The notes below the pieces were generated by a model. That model searched no databases. It was given only the letters and a program-made list of their open reading frames with translations, and was not told where the DNA came from. The position numbers and the translations under genes were made by a program. A stretch of 64,000 bases of DNA, from contig MU053758.1 in the NCBI GenBank assembly GCA_013239625.1, positions 248,001 through 312,000 of the forward strand, given 5' to 3'. Below are positions 40,591 through 53,409 of this stretch, one piece after another (position 1 is the stretch's first letter; each line of letters opens with the position of its first letter). The stretch is from Lama guanicoe. Its lineage: Eukaryota.

Positions 40591-41659
40591 AAATTTATAA
40601 TCAAAGAGTCACACCTCTATGCAGAGCAGGGCATTTGTTTGGGGGTGCGAATGACCTTCTTTGTCTGCGCTCTTGGGGTGTCATCAATTAACGATAATCT
40701 TATTACTAACTCACGTTTACACGGTACTTTAGGGTTTACAGTGTACGTCTTTACACCTACTCTCCTATGAACACAAGAGGTTGATTTGAGCCTCTTAACC
40801 ACATAAGTTTGAGAATATTTTTATTTCCAGTCTGCAGTTCAAAGAAGGCTCAGAGGTTAAATGACCAGTCCCAAGTTGACACTAGCCAGCAAGTGTCACA
40901 CCCGAAGTCTGCTCCTGGTTCTTGCTCCTCAAAAACATGTATGAGCTATGAATTATGATCCTGTAGGCTTGTAACAAAGGTCAACTCTTTGTCCCTTCCT
41001 GCTAGGAGGAGGGGGGATGGGAGGGGAAGCGACTCGGATCCCTGCCCTTCCCCCTAACCTCCCATTTTCCCCAGGTTTGAACCCAAACAAAAGGAAAAGG
41101 AGAAAGAGGGAGAAAAAAAATCAGCCGAAGGATCCAGCCCTGGTATCCACAAGAATGCCAAAGGATGGAGGCTCTTAGAACTCAAATTACCTATTCAGCT
41201 TATTTCGTGGGGTTTGTGGAGTTGGGAGGTTTCAGATGAGGAATCAAGGGCCAGGAAGATACTGATCCCAGATCCCACAGAGTACATATCCGGGGAAGGG
41301 CAAGCTGAGATCGACACCTGAATCTTAAAACCACTCAAGTCCTTCTCCACTTCCTTCAGCCCTCTTTCTGTGGGTTTTTCATTCCAAGAGCAGAATTAAC
41401 AGTTCCCATCAGAGCTGCCCAGACAAGGGGAGAACTTTGTTTTCTTCAGCCACTCAAGATTGCCTGAAAATCCAAACAGTGAGAGGAAAATAAAATGCAA
41501 AGCAGATACGAAACACCTGCGGAGGAAGGAGGCTCAGAGCAAAAAGAAATTAATATTGGGGATGTTTTTATTTGCTAACTTTATGCTCGCCCCCAAAACA
41601 CTCAACTTCTCTGAGTGTAAGAGGATCACTTGTTCCCACCTTTTAAGAGAGCTCAGCCT

Positions 41660-41830
41660 TGAAGGTGGAAAGGCCTGGGTTTGAATCCCAGCACTCCTGC
41701 TTATTCAAGGTATGACCTTGGCTAAGTTAACTGTAACCATTGAGAGCTTCAGCTTCTTCTGCAGAGTGAAGACTACACCTGCAGGGTTCTTGGGAAGATT
41801 CAGTGGAGGAACACTGCCTTGCTCTGAGCA
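41660..41830 (+). mobile_element. MIR-like SINE remnant
   Basis: CCTGGGTTTGAATCCCAGC...ATGACCTTGGCTAAGTTA...CTTCAGCTTCTTCTGCA. Confidence 0.55.
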
Positions 41831-42369
41831 GATACCAATAAATGCTCCCTATAATTGCAGAAGGAATCACTCATCTTTTGACCCACATCACATTACACAG
41901 AGCTCTGGAGCAAAGAAGACACTCGATAAGGGAAATAAAAAAGGACATCTGCCATACCCATCTGAGAGCCTCTCCCTGCTAGGATGCCACCCCTCTCTTC
42001 CAGAAGAGTTGTCTTCCCAGACTTCCCTCCCTGTCTGTCCACAGTGCTCTCCTTAATCCATTCCTATTTTTCCTGCCTATCCTCTGCTTCCCATTTCAGT
42101 CCATAGTCTCTTGGCCTCTGCTTTTCCTGGATCTAAAGTGAAAATGCTGGAGGGCAGGAATGTTATCTTGTACCTCTTTTGTGTGGCTCCCTCCCCCAAT
42201 GTGTCTCCCTTTCCTGCCCTGAAAAAGACCCAATAATGCTAAATAAAAACCCAAGAAATATTTAATTCAGCACAGGGGTCATGCAAAGACTCCCGTTTTT
42301 ACATAGGATGAGGTGGTGACCACCTTGTAAGAAGCAGCAAAACTGGCAATGCTTTAAATATGGCCGGAG

Positions 42370-42550
42370 GGAGGTGGGAATGGGTTTACTGGGTACAGAG
42401 TTTCAATCTTGTAAGATGAAAAGAGTTCTAGAGATGAACGGAGAGGATGGTTGCTCACCAAGGCGAATGTTCTCAATACCACTGAACTGTAAACTTAAAA
42501 ATGGTTACGATGGTTAAGTTTTACTTTATGCTTCTTTTCCTACATAAAAC
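42370..42550 (+). mobile_element. L1MB-like 3' end fragment
   Basis: TGGGTACAGAGTTTCA...GATGAAAAGAGTTCTAGAGATG...CACTGAACTGTAAACTTAAAAATGGTTA. Confidence 0.7.
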
Positions 42551-45500
42551 TATTTTAATAAATTATTTCATACTATTTTAAATTTTTTTAATTTCAAAAT
42601 TAAATTTTTTAAATTAAACCTAAAAAAAATTTTTATATAGCAAGGATAGAGGAGAAAATCTAAAAAGCTTCTTGAGAAAAATGAACTGATAAACTATATT
42701 TCTTTGCATTTCCACTGTAAGACCCAGGTCTTTTGCTTGTTCTTCATTGGGTTTCTAGTACCTGGCAGAGGGCATGTCATACAATAATAGACTCCGAATA
42801 GATAAAAAATAAGTGGGTGCGTGCATGCATGAATGAATGCATGACTAGCGGTGCCAAGCTCTTCAGCAATATGCAAGCTACCCCAGATGTCTACACCATG
42901 TTCAATATTTTCTTACATGATTTAGTTGTAAATAGGTATTTTTAAAAATCATAACCCCACCCCTAAATGGCTAATGACTGAGTGGCAAGACCTCCCACAC
43001 ACATACCTAGGCTAAAGTGGTGGACCAGGTAATGTTTTGAAGAGAGCAAAGGAGCTTGGGGCTAGGTAGGCATCATTCCTCTTCTAGTCAGAGGTTTAAA
43101 GGACACTCATTCGGGTGGGAAAGTGGAAGAAAGATGATCTCCCAGAGATAAATGAGGTTTGCGAAGATCGTTTTATCCCACCTCTTGCCTCCCACGGCTT
43201 ATTCTGGACCGATGTCATTCCACCCTATTCTAAAAAGTCAGCAGAGACAGCTTTGAATCAAATGGTTATACACATTGGCAGGAAAACCCTCTAGATAAAA
43301 TAACATCAGTCAGCTAGGTTTTCTCTCCTTCTACATTTAATAAAAAGTTGCTGGAGTGGACACGCTGGAGCAGTGAAGAAATTATTCTTCTGAATCCTGA
43401 TGCCTCCCCAGCCAACATCCTATTACATCTAGTCCTCACTCAGAACACACTGGCTGCAGCCACCAACAGCCACGTCTGTGAAGGATCATCTTTGCCCTTT
43501 AATTTAGGGTTCTGTCTCCAAATCCTGCCAAAGCAACTGCTCTCTATTACAGTTGGACTTCTCCTCCCAAGCAACTTAGAGACCTGGAGGAGGAAGTAGC
43601 ATAAATATGTCTAACCCTGAATAGATATCCTCAGCAAGTTTACTCCACCCAACAGCCCACTTTAGTTCCTGTCCCGGCTCATTTTCTCCTTCTCGGAGTA
43701 CCTAATGGAAAGTCGACGAGCCCCAAGCAATCCCAAATGGCACTCCAGAAAAGAGACAACACACATCACTCTGCAAAAACTAATTGTAAAACCCATTATA
43801 GTAACTGATTAAAGTCACAAGCCTGTTAAATGACCAAAAACCACATCCGGGTTGGAAGCCATTCCCCTCCCCACTCCACTAAGAGAAGGTTCAACCCTCA
43901 TTCCCTGATCTGAGATGTGCAAAGGGGCTATAGGCCTGAGGGTATATGAGTTTGCACCCTTCGGGCAGGGAGGGCTGAAGAAAGGAAGTGGACAGGAAAG
44001 CGGGATCTGAGCACACCTTTGGGAGCTGTTTCCAGACCAAGGAGAGAAACTGGGATCACTGTGGCTTTGCCATCTAAGAGGACACAAGAAGGAGAGCAAC
44101 ATATGTAGTCACTTCGGAGGGATCCAGGGATCCCCAGCTCCTGAATGCCTACTTTGTTAGCTTAAGCAAGAGCAGAAAGAGTATCAAGTCAAACATGCCC
44201 ATCTCTCACTAGGTGGGGAAGCTGCTCATTTCTTCCTTCCTCAGAGCTCAAGGGGACTCACACAGTCCCCTTCATCCTGAATTCTTACCACACCTACCTT
44301 ACCTGCAGAATTATGGTAGTTCCTCTCTCACCAATGTCCCCACCCTCCATGTACCTTTGACAGTAGCCCCAAAGTATGAAATTTCAGCTAAGAACCTGGC
44401 CCAGGTAGAGGGCATCAACAAGTGGAATATATGGCCCATTCTCCTAAGGAAAAATCAGCAGCATTCTCCACTATGCTTGCCCGATCTCTCCAAGCCATCG
44501 AGAGGATGGTTAAGAGACATGGCGGTTGGGTCTGTATCTCGGGGCTCTTGGGGGTTTGCCCTGATGAGCTTCATCTCCCTCTCCCAAAAAGTGGCCTTTT
44601 CTTTCAGCATACAGCTTATCAAAAGTATCCTGCACACAAATCCCCTTCAACATGCCCACCCATCATTGTTCCATGTAAAATACAAGCCATATTCACATAC
44701 TTGAACACCCTACCTACCGCCTTAGACACATACCAAGCTGTTACACAGTCCAAAGACAGGAGGCAGTGGTCCACCTCTAAAACAGTAACAATAACAGCTA
44801 ATATGTAAGAGCACCAGTTGACAGTTAAAGCAATTCAGGTTTAAGAAGGTTAAGTAACTTTTCCAGTTTCCCAGTCATTGCCTGACTACAAAGCTCTTGT
44901 TTTTGAGCACTGAACTCTCCTGGAAGGACCTTTCCTCCACACTCCTGTTGGACTGAGTGAGGGACCTAGGGGAGGTCATGAGACTCTGACCTAATAGAAC
45001 TTCCTCCCTCCTTGAGCCTCAAGAATTCCGAAAATGATTTCTGACCTCCCTGCTCCTGTTGCCAAAGAACTCAGACTCCACAAACAACCTTGACACAAAA
45101 CTTTTTCTAATTTCTAAATTCTCTGATTTCTCCTCTGAAAAAGTCTAACTATATCCAATCAACTAAACTATCCAATCAAAATTCACTCAGACTTAACATT
45201 TTCCATTTCAAGTGGCCAAAACATCTGGATGAAGAACTAATTTTTAAACTGAAACTAACTCAAAATGAATAAAAATTGAAGACTTCCTTAACCCACTTTT
45301 CCTAAAGAAATGTTGAGAGGATTGACTAAAATCCACAAAACAGATACGTTGCAGAGAGCAAGGGAAAATGAAGGGATCCTCCATTTCTGTCTCCTAAGAG
45401 AGAGTTTATCCACAACCCTCCCCCTAAACCAGGAGCAAAATCCCCACCCACCCTGACAGGTCACTTAAATACCTTTAGCCACCAAAATGTCACTTGTCTA

Positions 45501-46594
45501 ATAATCAAACTTGTCCTTAGGAGCCTTGGAAGTATCTGGACAATCCAGTCAAAATTGTTTTACTCACCCAGCTGTTTGCTCTGTATTTCATTCAAACACC
45601 GTACTGATGGGTCACCATGCTCTCTGCCACATGACCAGAACATCAGATCCTGGAAGCCTGGACTTCTGCACTAGGACTGCATTTCTGCTGGTGTTTGTTC
45701 TGCGTACAGTTACATTTCAGTGTTTCGCAATCAGGTTTTCTCCAACTATATTAAAATGATGAGGTCCAGAGCTACTTTTCTCCTGTGATTTACCCATAAT
45801 GAACACACATTTTATTTCAGTGGTCTGGGTTTAGGGTGAAAGCTTGTTCAAGCCTGTTGTTCCTTCATTCCATGCCTATTTATCGCAAACCTACTGGCTG
45901 CAAAGGAGAAGCAGGTCTTAAAAAGCTGGCTCTGCTTGTTCAATACTAGGATGACCCCTTGCACCCACTAAAAAGTACGGAGCCCTCTTTGAACAAACTC
46001 CACGTTCTCCTACTAGAATGCAGTTAGCAAACTGAGGACCGGCCATCTCTCTGCTGGCACTACACCCTTGAAATGGTTTGTGTTATCACAGGATGATCAT
46101 TTTCTAGATGAATCAAACTTTTATCAATAACCAAATGAGCATACACTTGGAGTCTACGTTTTTTGAGATCTTATTTTGTTTTGACAGGCATTTAAAAAGG
46201 TGAGGGCTTGGCACAGGTGGAAATGGTATGCAAATTTTACATTAACATGGAGTCAAACACTGGCTGAGACCCTGAGAAAGATCTTCAAAGCCTCGCCAAC
46301 CGCCAACCGGAAGACCTGTTGTCAACCTTTTACAAAGTAAATAAAACCCATCACAGACTCTCTGGGTACTGTTACTCCCTTTGTTATTGTTTTAGTCAGC
46401 CTTTGGGCCATGGGGACACAGTCCATCTTCTGAGGATTACAGATTACTCTATGCCCCTTAGCCAAGGGGCCTCAGCTCCTGGGAGAGGGCAACAGCTACG
46501 TGCACCTCCATTTTCTCTCCACCTCTCTCATCCTCCCACTTTCCCCTGACACACTCCCTTCCTCTCTCCTCTGCCTCTTCACTCCACATTTACC

Positions 46595-47090
46595 CACCGG
46601 CCTTTGGCTTTTGCCGTAGAATGGAAAAGTCCTAGGAGGCCGGGAAGCCGCGGCGAGGTTTGGGATCTGGGGGCTCCCAGGACCAAGGCGAGGCTGTCGG
46701 CGGCGCGCCGCAGCCAGGGGTCTCGGGGACCCTGGGAAAGGAAGCCCTCCTCGGAGACCCGGGCCTGCGGATGTTCCCGGGCAGGGGCTGGTTCAAAGGA
46801 GGAGGAGGGCGGGGGCCCGGCGCGGAGCGGGCAGAGATTGCGAGGCCGGGGCCGGGCTGGGGCTAGGGCCGCGGGGCCGGCGCGGGCTCTCCAGGAAGCG
46901 CCTCCAGCGCCGCCGCGACTTTCTCTGCGTTTTGAAAAATCGAAGGGAAGGCAGGCAACTCCGAAAGCCAAAAGCGCCTGGCCCTCGGCGGAATCTACCA
47001 CCCGTCTTCTAAACCTGGTGCCTGCGACCCCCTCTCCCGTGGGCGGCTGTGCGCCTGCAGCCGCTCCTCTGTAAAAGGGAAGCGGGCACT
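46595..47090. promoter_or_regulatory. Second intragenic CpG island in intron 2
   Basis: Dense CpG/GC block with a GGGCGG box inside otherwise CpG-poor intron. Confidence 0.75.
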
Positions 47091-50000
47091 CCACCCCAAC
47101 CCCCATCTCTCTTTCTCTCTTTTTTTTCCCCCGTCTGGAATTTCCAACCCAGGACTAACTCGTCTGATTTTTCCAGTCTCCCTGCTGCTTTTTTCCTCCT
47201 CTTTTCTCTCCCTAACACTCCCATCCCAAAATCTAAACTGCACTTTCTGGAAGGCATTAGCCACATTTTAAGAATCTTAGGAGGATGGGGAGCGAACTAG
47301 ACTGAATTTAAATTCTAACAGCTGACAAAATGTCTGTTCTTCAAACGCCTTTGGTTCATACATCTATTTTAATGAAACCACCCCCCCAACATCCCCCCAA
47401 CACACAAATCAACACAGGTATAACCAATACGTATCTCTTCAACACAGAAATCCTTAAACCTCTACAAATAGCATTCACTGGTCTCCCTCTTTTCACTTAA
47501 CTAAACCTGAAACTTTTAATGTTTTAAAATTTTATACTCACTAGCCTATCTCAATGGTGTCTTTGTCAACTGGCTCTTACACATTATACACATTAAAGTA
47601 TAGAATAAATAAACTCAAAAAATAAGCCTTAAAAGTACCTAAACACATAAAATGTGATTCAAATGACATATATTAAGGTAATTTTAAAAGATTAGAAGCT
47701 CTGAACCTTTGAATCAAGATTCTTCCAATGGCTAATGTCATGTACTTCATGTCTAAAACATAATTATAAGAATGTTTTGCTCTTGTTCCACCAAAATCTA
47801 TGCCATTTAAACTTTACATTTGGAATAGTTAACTATACTCTGAATAAATTAGTGATGGGAAATTACAATTCTTCCCCTACTTTACTCAAAGTTCTCCATC
47901 TGAGAAACCATTGGAGTAAAATTTCGTCTTTTTCTGCTTTGGGTAGAAAATAAACATACAACTTTTCCAAAGGATAGTCAAATACCACTGTCCTTAGGAA
48001 AGTCATCTTGAAACACAGCACTAAATGATAAAAAGCTAAAGATTTCTCTAGCAGTGAAGAAAACTTAATTTATGAATTTTAACATTTACTTTCTAGGTGA
48101 AAACTAAAATGGGGTGAGTGAATTGATTTCCACCATTCCTCCAAACAGTGCAGAAAAATGAAGAACCAACTGATTTTTTTAAAACTTGTTTAAAATTCAA
48201 AAAACCTATTATTAAGAAAATCTTTTCAGTAAATGTAAGAAACTATTTCAACTTTAAACTAACTTGTTGAATACCTCATCAGATGTATCTTTTGGCTATA
48301 ATCACTAAAGCAAAAGTGCCTGAAAATCCTCCCAATCTATCTAGTATTTTTTCTCCTTTGTTGTTGTTTCTTAACCCCCATATAATTTATTCTCAGCCCC
48401 AAAGAACGATTTTCCTTAAAGGCAAACCCATTTCTGAAGGCAAAATTTTTGTGTTTTGAAAATATGTAGTGATCCAATTATTTCTTCAGAGTCTCTACAA
48501 ATCATTTAAAATTAAAAATATTTTTGTCATTTACAAGACATCCCTTCATAGAGATTTTTAAAGTGGCTAAGTAGAAAATTAAACTGAATAATCAGAATAA
48601 AGTTTGAACACTTTCTCTTCTGAGAGTGTTCACAGTTGTGTCCAGAGATCAATTTTTGTGTGATTTTTAAGTTAGAAATTTAAAGGAAAGTGTTAGCCCA
48701 CCTCATTTGAAGTCAGAGAAAACAACCATCAACCTGCCTAAGGAAATCAAAGTCTTTAACTTGAACACATTTCACCCAGAGAAATGTGGTACACTTCTTC
48801 ATTTTTTTCTTAACAACAACTTTTACTTTGATGACAACACTTGACAGGAGGTATGCTATCTTTAGGCCACATTCCTCCAGAAAAAGGTACACATAGTGGC
48901 AAATGAAACAAAAGTTGGGGAAATTTTAAGGAATTTAAGGTATTTTCTCCCAAAATACAAGTCTCACCAATATGGTACCCTCTTAACTGCTCAAGAGTCT
49001 TTAAAAAAAAAAAAAAACCCACACATTTAGAACCCTTTCCACTACTGTTCTTAAAATTCTTTTGGCTTTCCTCCTTTGTCCTAATATTTGACAGTAAATA
49101 TATACAAATTTTCAACAGCTGAAACTCTTGACCAAAATTCCAACACTGACTAAGAACATTTGGGAAGGTGATCTCAGAGAAATTTAATGTTGCCTATTTA
49201 AAAAATTCAAATTATTTTCAGTTTAAATGTATAATGTTCAGTCTCTTGAGTTCTTACTTAAAAGGAACAAATTCTATATCAAATAGACACAAGGTAAAAC
49301 AAAATATATTAAGACTTCAAAATCAGGGCTGCTCAGAAGTAACTGAGCATATTATCTTTTATTTCACATGCCCCTCTAAAACAACAACAACAACAACAAC
49401 AAAAAAAAACCCAGGACATTTAGGTTGCTAGGTTTTTAAGAATCTCTTAGAAATGTTTAAAAGTCATAATTCATTTGGAACTGAGCACATCAACAGTTCT
49501 ATTTTAAAGAGTGAAAACAATATACACACATATACACACACACACACAAAATACATATGCACCATTGTTCATTTTGCTTAAAATATGTTAATCATAGTTA
49601 ATCAACTAGTTCCTGTTCTATAAATCCACGAGACTAAAAAAGCCAGTAACAAACCAACTAAAGAAACACTTTTCAGACAGACTAAAAACAAATACCACAA
49701 CATGCTTCCTCAAAGAACACAAAATGATAGAGCAAACTTTACTTCATGAAAACAAACTTTCTTTTTTTTAAATCCTAAAACTTCAAAAATTGATTCATCC
49801 TAGAAAAATGAAGTGCCTTACCACTACCCAAGGGAAAAAACAAAACACAACTGACTCAATGTGCTCAAAAATTATTTCAGGAAGGGGGAGAACACAAAAG
49901 ATTGAATCTGGGTGTGGAAAGGAAGATTTTGTACCCACTCCTCACAAACCCCACCCCTTGCCAACTCAAAGGAGCCCTGAGTAATACATTTTGGAGGGAA

Positions 50001-51657
50001 CGAGAAGGAGCCTAAAAATGGCTTTAAAGCAAGCAGATGGCTTAGGGAAAAAGATCCATAAATACAGAGCACCATGAAAATTAAAATATAAATGTTTTGG
50101 GTTCCATTTCATCAACATTTTGCCATTTTCTTCCTTTTCAGTTTATTCCCTTTAAAATTTAAAACCATCCTTTGGAGCAAAAGAAAAATATTCCACATAT
50201 TTCAGAATTCCAGTTCTTCTGGTTACTTCTCATCAACATGTTCCAAACACTCAGCTTTCAATTCAAATATCCACAACCTTCTCAATAAATCTACTGATGT
50301 CAGTGTACATGTTTCCCTTATCCCATCTCCAGGAGATGCTTCCAAATAATAATTAAGACTTTTTTTCTTTCTTCTGATTTTATTGCCTCTTTATCCCTAA
50401 CACTAATTGCCTTTCCAATAACAGTATTTCAAGCACTTGAGGTTAAATCACAAGCTCTATAAACATAGTAACAAGCCATATTGATCATCTATAGATACAA
50501 TACTTCCAAGTTACTTAAATATCTCCGGCTAAACCACTGAACAGTTTCTCTCCGGTTAAACTTTCTAGACCCTCTTAACTGCCTCCAAAAGAGCATAGCC
50601 ACCCACCTTCACTTTGCCACTCAGAAAAGGCCAGGGACTACTCTGAAATGCAGCAAGTTTCCAGTTGAAATGAGGGGACAGAGGGAGGAGAGGATCAAAG
50701 ATTTACTGGGGGCTGCAGCATGAGAAAACTGCACTGTCAACATGTTTAAGTCAGATTTGAGAAAGCAAGAAGACTGCTCTTACACTTCCCAGTTCAAGGA
50801 AAGATTTGAAATCCACCATGAATCAAAATTGGGGATAATATGATAGCATGATAGAGGTTCCCCACTTTGCTCAAGTGAGGACAGAAAGGTATTGGGTCAC
50901 ACACACACACACACACAAACACACACCATTCATCCAGGGAGTTCTAGACCCTCCAAAGAGCCCCAGCTCACAGCCTGAACACAAAGCTCTCACCCCAGAT
51001 GGTCCCCTTGTAACAATGGACTGAAGGAGTGGGGGTGGGGGGCTCGGAAAGGATAGTACAGCCAAAGCATATTTGCAAAATCCAGTTGGGAAGGGAGGAC
51101 GTGTGATGTGAGTGACTAGAGGTAGGGGTCTGTGAAAAAATAACGTCCTTCCCTGTTGCAGAAATATAAATAAAGCAAAAGTATAGAATTCTTCTGGAGG
51201 CAGGAACTCATTCCACTTCCCCTAGGGAGTCAAAGGGGAGCCCCCCACAATTCACTTAAGAAGTAGGGTGAAGGAATGGTGGGGAAAAAAATGGCCTGCT
51301 AGGAAGTTGCTGAAATGTCCATGAGTCTAAACTCTTTTAAAGATTTTTTCGCTTCCCCACAAGTGATCCCACACATCTTGAACAAACTCCACAAGGTTTC
51401 TCCCCTATTGATTTTTTCCCCTTCACTTCTCCAAGTAACATCTCTCAGCCCACCCCAGCCCCAGCTTATTTTTTTACAAGCTGTAAACCACCCATTACAA
51501 GATCTTAGCCAATCTTCCCTCCCTGCCCCCAACATCCGGAGTTGGGGGTGGGAAGGCCAGTAATGGGTTTCTTCCACTGGAGACACTATGGACCCCTAAA
51601 CACAGCCTCTCAGTGCCCCCAGGCCGACCGTCTCCGCAGGGAAGAGCTCTTTCCTAC

Positions 51658-51718
51658 CTTTGTTTTTTGGGAACCGAGTGTTCAATCTCTAGGCGTTTTC
51701 CTTGCAGTTCCACTTTCC
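51658..51718 (-). CDS. IGF2BP1: IGF2BP1 exon 2 (GKVELQGKRLEIEHSVPKKQR)
   Basis: Acceptor tttag; donor AG|GTAGGA; 61 nt; frame continuous with exon 1. Confidence 0.97.
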
Positions 51719-52855
51719 CTAAAGATTAAATTGAAAAAGACACTATGAGAGCTTGAACAGGAGTGGGGGGCGGCAAAAGTAAGGAGAAAGGTATTCATCC
51801 AGGAGTTACTGGGATCTGAGCTCTTCCTAGGAATCCAGGTAGTGGGTTCCGCAGCCGGATGCAAAAGGTCGCTCGGGGAATGGTGGACCCTGTGCGTTCA
51901 TTATTGTGTTTTCTTAATTTTTGTTTTGTTCTTTCACTGGGGCTAGTTGAGTAGTGGCTCGCTCTGGGGGCCGGATTTGGAAGAGGTGCGAGGGCGTCTG
52001 TGTGGCCGGCTGCATTTACGGCTCCCAGATGTGGGGTTCGAGAAGGGGCCCAGAAAGGGCCCCCCCGTTTCTCCCAAAGTGCATGGCTGGAGGAGGGGGG
52101 GGCGGTGCGGAATGAAACTTTATTTTTTTGTCGAGCCAGGAAGAGCTTCGGGCGGTGGGGCGGCCACCTGTCGGGGCGGGCCAGGAGACGAGGCCCTGGG
52201 GGAGCGGAGCGGGGCCCCGCGGGGAGGGTCCCGGGCGGCCGCGGCGCGCGCCTCTCGGCCCAGCCTGGGCGTCTCGGGAAGCAGCATGGCGACCCGCCGC
52301 CGCCGCCGCCGCGCCACCCCGCTCACGCCCCACTTTCAAATCAAAATGGCTCAAGCCCCAGGCCCTGGGCGGGAGGCGGGACCCCGTCCCTCTCAGGTCG
52401 GGCCCGAAGGCTGCAGTCCCCACGGAAACCTAGGAGATCAGAAGCGGAGCGGGGACCCCTTCCCGGCTGGGCAAGGCCTAGGGCGGAGGAAGGGGAGAGG
52501 GTGCTCACGCGCGAGGAGGGGGGCGGGCGTCCAGCCTCGGCCACCGAGGGGAAAACGTAGAAAGACGCCCAGACGGGGGTCACCTCGGTGGCGAGTCCCC
52601 CCCACCCCTGCCACTGGGGCTAACGCCCCGTCGGTGGGGGATAAGGGGGTCACCACTCTAAAGCCCCCAGGTCCTCATCTCAGACTAGGAGGATGGGGTG
52701 AGGGAAGCTGAATATTTCCGCACGAGGAGCCAGCGTGGGGTCGGCGGGGGCGTCGGAGTGGGTGGGTGGGAGTCGGCTCCGAGGCCAAGCCCCACAGGCC
52801 GGGGACAGAGAAGTTGGCGGACGAGGAAAGAGGAGGAGCAGGTCTCTGTTGTTCA

Positions 52856-53409
<554 letters not shown>

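Noticed and set aside
39737..40770. Long overlapping ORFs (241, 268 and 138 aa)
   Set aside because: They lie in a GC-rich CpG island where stops are rare; the translations are low-complexity Pro/Gly/Arg/Ala with no recognisable domain.
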